Source: Parvibaculum sp. (GTDB taxonomy: Bacteria; Pseudomonadota; Alphaproteobacteria; Parvibaculales; Parvibaculaceae). Taken from it: a DNA stretch of 64,000 nt. Below the pieces are notes generated by a model that saw only the letters and a list, made by a program, of their open reading frames with translations, was not told the origin of the DNA and ran no database searches. Position 1 is the first letter of the stretch. Each line of letters opens with the position of its first letter. The stretch spans positions 2,507,532-2,571,531 of the forward strand of contig NZ_JAHBYN010000001.1 in the NCBI RefSeq assembly GCF_019635935.1, in the 5' to 3' direction. The position numbers were made by a program, and so were the translations under genes. This document shows positions 60,825 through 64,000 of the stretch, piece after piece.

Positions 60825-61645
60825 TCGGCAGCCCTCGCCGCGGCTTTCTTGAAGTCGGGTTTGCGCTTGTTGAGAAAGGCGTCCACCGCCTCGTGATGCT
60901 CCGGTGTCGTCCAGCAGATTTTGAGCGCATCCGTTTCGCGCTTCTGGGCGAGCTTCAGGTCGGTCTCGCTGGCGTTTTGCGTGATGAGCTGTTTCGTCAT
61001 GCGCAATTGCCGCGACGGGTTCTCGGCCATCTGGCCGGCAATCTCGATCGCCTTGTCGAGAAGGGCCGCCTGCGGCACCACATATTCGCACAAGCCTTTC
61101 TCGCGTGCCTCCGCCGCCGGATAAAGCCGCGCCGTCAGCATCATCTCATTGGCGTGCCCCCACCCCATCCGCGCCACGAGGAAATGCGACGAGGCGAGTT
61201 CGGGCACGATCCCGACCTTGACGAAGACCATGCCGAATTTCGCTTCCTCCGCCGCGACGATCGTGTCGAAGGGCAGGATCATCGTGACGCCGATCCCGAC
61301 CGCCGGTCCGTTCACGGCCGCGACCATCGGCTTCGACGAACGCACCAGCTCGATCCAGTCGACTCCCGCCGGCATCCCGCCCGAACCGCCGGCCGTGTCG
61401 TTGCCGGGGTCCTTGCCGTCGAGCCTTGTCTTGAAGGTCGCGTCCATGTCGGCGCCGGCGCAGAAGCCGCGCCCCGCGCCCGTCATCACGATGGCGCCGA
61501 TATCCGCATCGTCATTCGCCGCCATGATCGCATGCGCCTGTTCTTCCGCCATGCGCGGCGTCCAGGCATTGAGCTTGTCGGGCCGGTTGAGCGTGATCAG
61601 GCAGATCGCCCCGCGCTTCTCGACCGTGATTTGCTGGTAGTCCAT
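60821..61645 (-). CDS. Crotonase family protein, probably enoyl-CoA isomerase-like
   Basis: LNRPDKLNA, FCAGAD, GIVPELASS (Glu at the isomerase position; hydratase Glu pair absent). Confidence 0.85.
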   Translation of the reverse strand: MDYQQITVEKRGAICLITLNRPDKLNAWTPRMAEEQAHAIMAANDDADIGAIVMTGAGRGFCAGADMDATFKTRLDGKDPGNDTAGGSGGMPAGVDWIELVRSSKPMVAAVNGPAVGIGVTMILPFDTIVAAEEAKFGMVFVKVGIVPELASSHFLVARMGWGHANEMMLTARLYPAAEAREKGLCEYVVPQAALLDKAIEIAGQMAENPSRQLRMTKQLITQNASETDLKLAQKRETDALKICWTTPEHHEAVDAFLNKRKPDFKKAAARAAE

Positions 61646-61796
61646 CTGACCGTCCTCCCGGCGTTTCTTCTTGGTCAAAGTCTAGGCAGCCCCCGGCGGG
61701 GCCACAAGGGAGCGCCCGCCCGGCCAGCCTGACGCTGCGTCCGCCGGGCGCTGCCAGCTCTGCCTGTTTCGTGTAAAAGGAAGCACGGTCATCCGG

Positions 61797-62789
61797 GTGG
61801 AGTTTCCCTTGTCGATTCTCGATCTTGCGCTTCAGAACATCGTCTCGCCGATGGTCCTGTTCTTTGCGCTGGGCGTCGCGGCGGCGCTGATCCGCTCCGA
61901 CCTCTCGGTGCCGGAGGCCGCGGCCAAGCTGCTGGCGCTCTATCTGATGCTGGCCATCGGTTTCAAGGGCGGCGCGGAGGTGGCGAAATCCGGTGTCGAT
62001 GCCGCCATGGCGCTGACCATCGGCGCCGGCATCCTTCTCTCCTTCGCGATCCCGGTCATCGGCTATGCGCTGCTGCGCCTGACGACGCGCCTGACGTCCG
62101 TCGATGCCGCCGCCGTCGCCGGTCACTACGGTTCGATCTCGATCGTCACTTTCGTTGCCGCCACCGAGGCGCTGAAAAGCCTTGGCCTTGCCTATGAAGG
62201 CTATCTGATCGCGGTCGCCGCCGTCATGGAAACGCCGGCCATCATCGCCGCGCTGTTGCTCGCCCGCCGCGGCGCCCCGGCGGAGGCGGGCGGCGAAAGC
62301 ACGAGCGCCCTGCTGCGCGAGGTCGCAACCAACGGCTCGGTCGTGGTGCTGGTCGGCTCGTTCCTGATCGGCTGGGCTACGGGCGCAGAGGGCATGGCCA
62401 TGATCGCCCCCTTCATCGTCGATCCCTTCCGCGGCATCCTCTGCCTCTTCCTGCTCGACATGGGACTGGTCGCCGGGCGCGGATTGCGCCAGGGCGGCCG
62501 CAGCCTGTCGCCGGCGCTGATCGGTTTCGGCATCTATTTCCCGCTGCTCTCGGCGGCGCTGACGGGCCTCATGGCGCTCGGCCTCGGACTTTCGGTCGGC
62601 GGCACGGCGCTGCTGATCACGCTGGCGGCGTCGGCCTCCTATATCGCGGTGCCCGCCGCCATGCGTCTGGCGCTGCCCGAGGCCAACCCCGCCATCTATC
62701 TGACGCTCTCGCTCGGCGTTACCTTCCCCTTCAACCTGACGCTCGGCATTCCGCTTTATGCGGCACTTGCCCAGCGCATTGCCGGATGA
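61797..62789 (+). CDS. sbtA: Sodium-dependent bicarbonate transporter family (SbtA/DUF897)
   Basis: AAHYGS-type GHYGSISIVTF, ASASYIAVPAA, LGVTFPFN. Confidence 0.9.
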   Translation: MEFPLSILDLALQNIVSPMVLFFALGVAAALIRSDLSVPEAAAKLLALYLMLAIGFKGGAEVAKSGVDAAMALTIGAGILLSFAIPVIGYALLRLTTRLTSVDAAAVAGHYGSISIVTFVAATEALKSLGLAYEGYLIAVAAVMETPAIIAALLLARRGAPAEAGGESTSALLREVATNGSVVVLVGSFLIGWATGAEGMAMIAPFIVDPFRGILCLFLLDMGLVAGRGLRQGGRSLSPALIGFGIYFPLLSAALTGLMALGLGLSVGGTALLITLAASASYIAVPAAMRLALPEANPAIYLTLSLGVTFPFNLTLGIPLYAALAQRIAG

Positions 62790-62797
62790 GGTCCGAC

Positions 62798-63109
62798 ATG
62801 GAGATGCATCCGAAAAAACGCATCGACATCGTGCTGGAGGCGCCGGTGCTGAAGCGCCTGACCGACCTGCTCGACCGTCTCGACGTCACCGGCTACACGG
62901 TGCTGCCGGTGCTGGGCGGCAAGGGCCATCACGGCGTCTGGAGCCGCGAGGGCCTGCCCTCTTCGGCCGGCGCGATGGTTTCGGTCACGGTGATCGCGGC
63001 GGAGGAAAATCTCGACGCGGTGCTTGAGCCGGTTTTCGCCCTGGTCAAGCGCCACATCGGCATCGTCACCGTGTCCGACGTCGCGGTGTTGCGGTCGGAT
63101 CGTTTCTGA
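62798..63109 (+). CDS. sbtB: PII-like SbtB partner protein
   Basis: KKRIDIVLE…VTGYTV…GKGHHG…GIVTVSDV; directly follows sbtA. Confidence 0.85.
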   Translation: MEMHPKKRIDIVLEAPVLKRLTDLLDRLDVTGYTVLPVLGGKGHHGVWSREGLPSSAGAMVSVTVIAAEENLDAVLEPVFALVKRHIGIVTVSDVAVLRSDRF

Positions 63110-63556
63110 TCAGCCGCGGTTCCTGAACGCCGCCACCGCCACCGCGATCATCGCCGCGACGACGCCCACGATCGCCAGCATGAACAGCGTGAAGGTCAGC
63201 GAGTTCCAGTCGAGCCCGGTGAAGCCGAGGCCGCGCCCGCCGGTCATCGCCGAGACGACCGAGGCGACGATGTTGCCCCAGCCCGTCACGATCAGCCCCC
63301 ACACGATGATGCCTTGCATCCGCGCGCTCATCGCCGCATGCGCCATCGCGGCGGCAACCGCGATCATCAGCATGCCGTTCAGCGCGCCTTCCATATGCGC
63401 CATCTTCCAGGCCCGCACATCGCCCGGCCACATCGTCGTCGCCGCCGGATCGAGCGATGCGACAAGCACCGAGGCAAACGGAAAGCCCGCCAGCATCCCG
63501 GCAAGAAACACCAGCGCCCCATGCGCCACCAGCGTCATCTGCATGTTCTTCGTCAT
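63110..63556 (-). CDS. StyC (styrene oxide isomerase)-like haem membrane protein
   Basis: AHG, PG…W..AH..ALNG, GWxN and RGLxF align without gaps to remembered StyC motifs. Confidence 0.7.
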   Translation of the reverse strand: MTKNMQMTLVAHGALVFLAGMLAGFPFASVLVASLDPAATTMWPGDVRAWKMAHMEGALNGMLMIAVAAAMAHAAMSARMQGIIVWGLIVTGWGNIVASVVSAMTGGRGLGFTGLDWNSLTFTLFMLAIVGVVAAMIAVAVAAFRNRG

Positions 63557-63584
63557 CGATTTCCCCTTCGTGAAATGATCTGTG

Positions 63585-64000
63585 TCACCATGCGCCGGCC
63601 CACATGTCCCAGTCGCGCGACTTGCCGGGGCCCATCAGCGCGAATTTCGGCTTGCGCGAAAGCATCCATTCGGTGACGCCCGGCATCCATGCCATGGCGC
63701 CCGCCTGCACCATGTTGAGGCGGCGATAAAGCGACAGGGCGCGGTTCATCGCGGGCTCGGGCGGCGTCCCCTCGATCAGCGCTTCGGCGGCCGCCAGCGC
63801 GCCGAGCCCGGCCCTTGTCATGCCGTCGCCGGTGATGATCGGCGCGCCTGCGCCGCTGATGCGGCTGAGGTCGAGCACGCCCGTCTGCCGGCTCGGCGTG
63901 AAGCGCCACGGGCTCACCGGCACCCAGGCGACGGCCGATGTCTGGTCCGCATCGTCGGGCGCAAGGCCGAGCGCCGCGCCCACCGCCTCGACCTCCGCCC
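63585..64000 (-). CDS. Hypothetical protein, 3' part (runs off the window edge)
   Basis: Frame open from the edge (…AEVEAVGAALGLAP…WDMWAGAW*) with host-like codons. Confidence 0.55.
   Translation of the reverse strand, partial: AEVEAVGAALGLAPDDADQTSAVAWVPVSPWRFTPSRQTGVLDLSRISGAGAPIITGDGMTRAGLGALAAAEALIEGTPPEPAMNRALSLYRRLNMVQAGAMAWMPGVTEWMLSRKPKFALMGPGKSRDWDMWAGAW

Overview
High-GC alphaproteobacterial chromosomal window (Parvibaculum/Hyphomicrobiales-like by gene content; inferred, not searched). It is densely coding and mostly core or metabolic. It holds tRNA-Gly(CCC), betT-matB, class I lysS, pyrD, arsC, a MATE exporter, a DinG helicase, the Lhr-PdeM pair, podJ-tauE-TIGR02186-ccdA, a LiuR-type regulated beta-oxidation cluster (2 ACADs, thiolase, FadJ), many hydrolases, thioesterases and crotonases, and sbtA-sbtB. 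I found no prophage, CRISPR array or transposase. Best leads: (1) an MshEN-like/GT2 glycan synthase directly upstream of a Cle-type (FxGPxRR) CheY-like protein, i.e. two adjacent predicted c-di-GMP receptors; (2) a solitary, AT-richer gene fusing an Mrr-like PD-(D/E)xK nuclease to an Ada-like Zn domain; (3) a triple PHO box with no sense gene downstream, pointing antisense into ccdA; (4) a styrene-oxide-isomerase-like haem membrane protein lacking the catalytic Tyr; (5) a His kinase fused to HPt without a receiver domain; (6) a tRNA 3' duplication, a 31-aa membrane sORF and several MITE/REP-like hairpins. All family assignments come from motif recognition by eye; no searches were run.
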